A program made the translations under genes and the position numbers. A stretch of 47,007 nt of DNA, counting the filler, from Jimgerdemannia flammicorona (taxonomy: Eukaryota), in the NCBI GenBank assembly GCA_003990765.1. It is 2 parts of 2 records of this genome, joined end to end, with 100 filler letters (N's around TTAATTAATTAA, not from the genome) between each part and the next. Parts side by side here need not be neighbours in the genome. Positions count along the whole stretch, not along the records: positions 23,565 to 47,007 come from RBNJ01001105.1; 1 more part is not named here. One strand, 5' to 3'. The notes beneath the pieces are model-generated. The model worked only from the letters and a program-made list of their open reading frames with translations. It did not search any database and had not been told where the DNA came from. This document shows positions 45,712 to 47,007 of this stretch, piece by piece. Numbering within the stretch: position 1 is the first letter of the stretch; every line of letters starts with the position of its first letter.

Positions 45712-46162
45712 GGATACCTTATAGCACCACCGTTTTTTTCCTCCCCGCTTTTTTCCACCACTGGATTTTTTTTAGAGGATGCACCAATTGCATCCTTTTT
45801 AGTCTTTGTGGATCGCCCCACCTCTGGATCTCTCCCCCAAATGGCCATGTGCCATCCCATCCATATTGACAATGACAGTAACCCATCCTTAATCGTTCGT
45901 TTATCCATTGTGAGATCCAGACTGTTATTTAAGCTTCCAAGGACGGTTTTGGGGTCAGAAGTTTGTTCCATTGTGTTGAAGTTCAAATATGTATATATGT
46001 ATATATGTAAGGCAAAAGAAAAAAATACGCGTGAACGCGTTCATGCATTGATAGCGATGATCCACAAAAACTAAAAAGGACGTGATTGGTGCGGTGAAAA
46101 CTCGTCCTCTGAAAAAATCCAGTGGCGGAAAAAATCGGGTTGAGGGAAAAAAACGGTGATCC
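45712..46162. mobile_element. Non-autonomous Mutator-like MITE (~451 bp)
   Basis: Imperfect ~120-bp TIRs (caccgtttttttcc...ttttttcc.ccactggatttttt.agagga...gcaccaat...ttttagt.tttgtggatc at both ends), termini GGAT...ATCC, and a 9-bp TSD CCTTATCTG at 45703-45711 and 46163-46171. Confidence 0.8.
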
Positions 46163-47007
46163 CCTTATCTGGTAAGATGGACGTGCCGGAAACAGGAATA
46201 CAGAAGAATATGGACAAGTGGCGTCGTGCTTTTAAGTTGTGGGGTTATTGTCAATAAACATTGGAAACAGGAAGGTGGCGTCGAGCGTTCTCGGATTACT
46301 CTCCGTGTGTCTATATGGATGTGACTATCGCTGTTTATCGCGAATGGCGTGTGGCATCGCGGAAACTTTTATTCACGATAAACGACGATAGCCATTTTCC
46401 TTTGAACCGTTGCCATAGGTGATTTCAGCTCACGTCGTGTTTTTAATGTATGCTGTCGATCGTTTTTGTAACTAGGTGTTACTTTCTATTTGCCATACAG
46501 TCCACAGGTAGAAATTGGTACTCGGACCACACCGAGTATTAATACTTAGTCCGACATATTTTCGAGGAACATAAAAATCAGGCCACACTACTAAAAGAAT
46601 GGTTGGTAACACGCCGCCGATGGATCTGGCATAGCTCGAAGCAAGAGATCGCTTACGCGAGTTTCGGGCAAGCCGATTACTAATAATATAAAGCTCTCCG
46701 CAAGATCACAAGGAGGGTTTTGATTACTCAATATTTTGGTCTCGAGATTTCGAATGAACGCTCCGAATGCGGCGGACTTGAAAAAATTATCCCATTCTAC
46801 AGGTACAAGCCTAGCTAAACCTTTGCGTCGTATTATTTTCTACCACGCACCCGGTCCCCGGCGCGTAAGTTGGACACTGTCCAGGAGTTCGCCAAGGTCG
46901 TGTGGCGCGTATGAGTGTTACTATGCCTATGTGCCTAAAATTTCCAGAGTGGTTTTCGGAGCGAAAGAAACCACGCGCTCTCGAAGCCACGACAAAAGAA
47001 CCCCCCC

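Overview
Intron-rich eukaryotic DNA. The gene content (TKL-type kinase with WIP..F/HKDLH motifs, Spc105/Spc7, Rpc17, TAF7) and short GT-AG introns point to a fungus, probably early-diverging (Mucoromycota-like); this is inference only. An artificial 100-nt spacer (44 N + TTAATTAATTAA + 44 N, 23465-23564) joins two contigs that need not be adjacent. The left contig (1-23464) contains no gene I can show to be intact. It holds the 3' end of a Ty3/Gypsy element with an extra ORF and its LTR, and a TAF7 pseudogene with an internal ~190-bp inversion. It also holds a decayed kinase followed by a tandem array of 84-bp one-LRR-per-exon units with near-identical introns, a full-length decayed L1/Tx1-like LINE with a 16-bp TSD, and a hypermutated LTR element with a gag-zinc knuckle-dUTPase order. 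The right contig (23565-47007) is ordinary gene-rich sequence: a hypothetical gene, an MBL-fold hydrolase, a cyclin, a Gly/Gln-rich possibly myristoylated protein, SPC105/KNL1, RPC17 and a Mutator-like MITE. The most interesting system is the kinase-LRR exon-cassette array, where variation concentrates on the predicted ligand-binding LRR positions, including the codon split by each intron.
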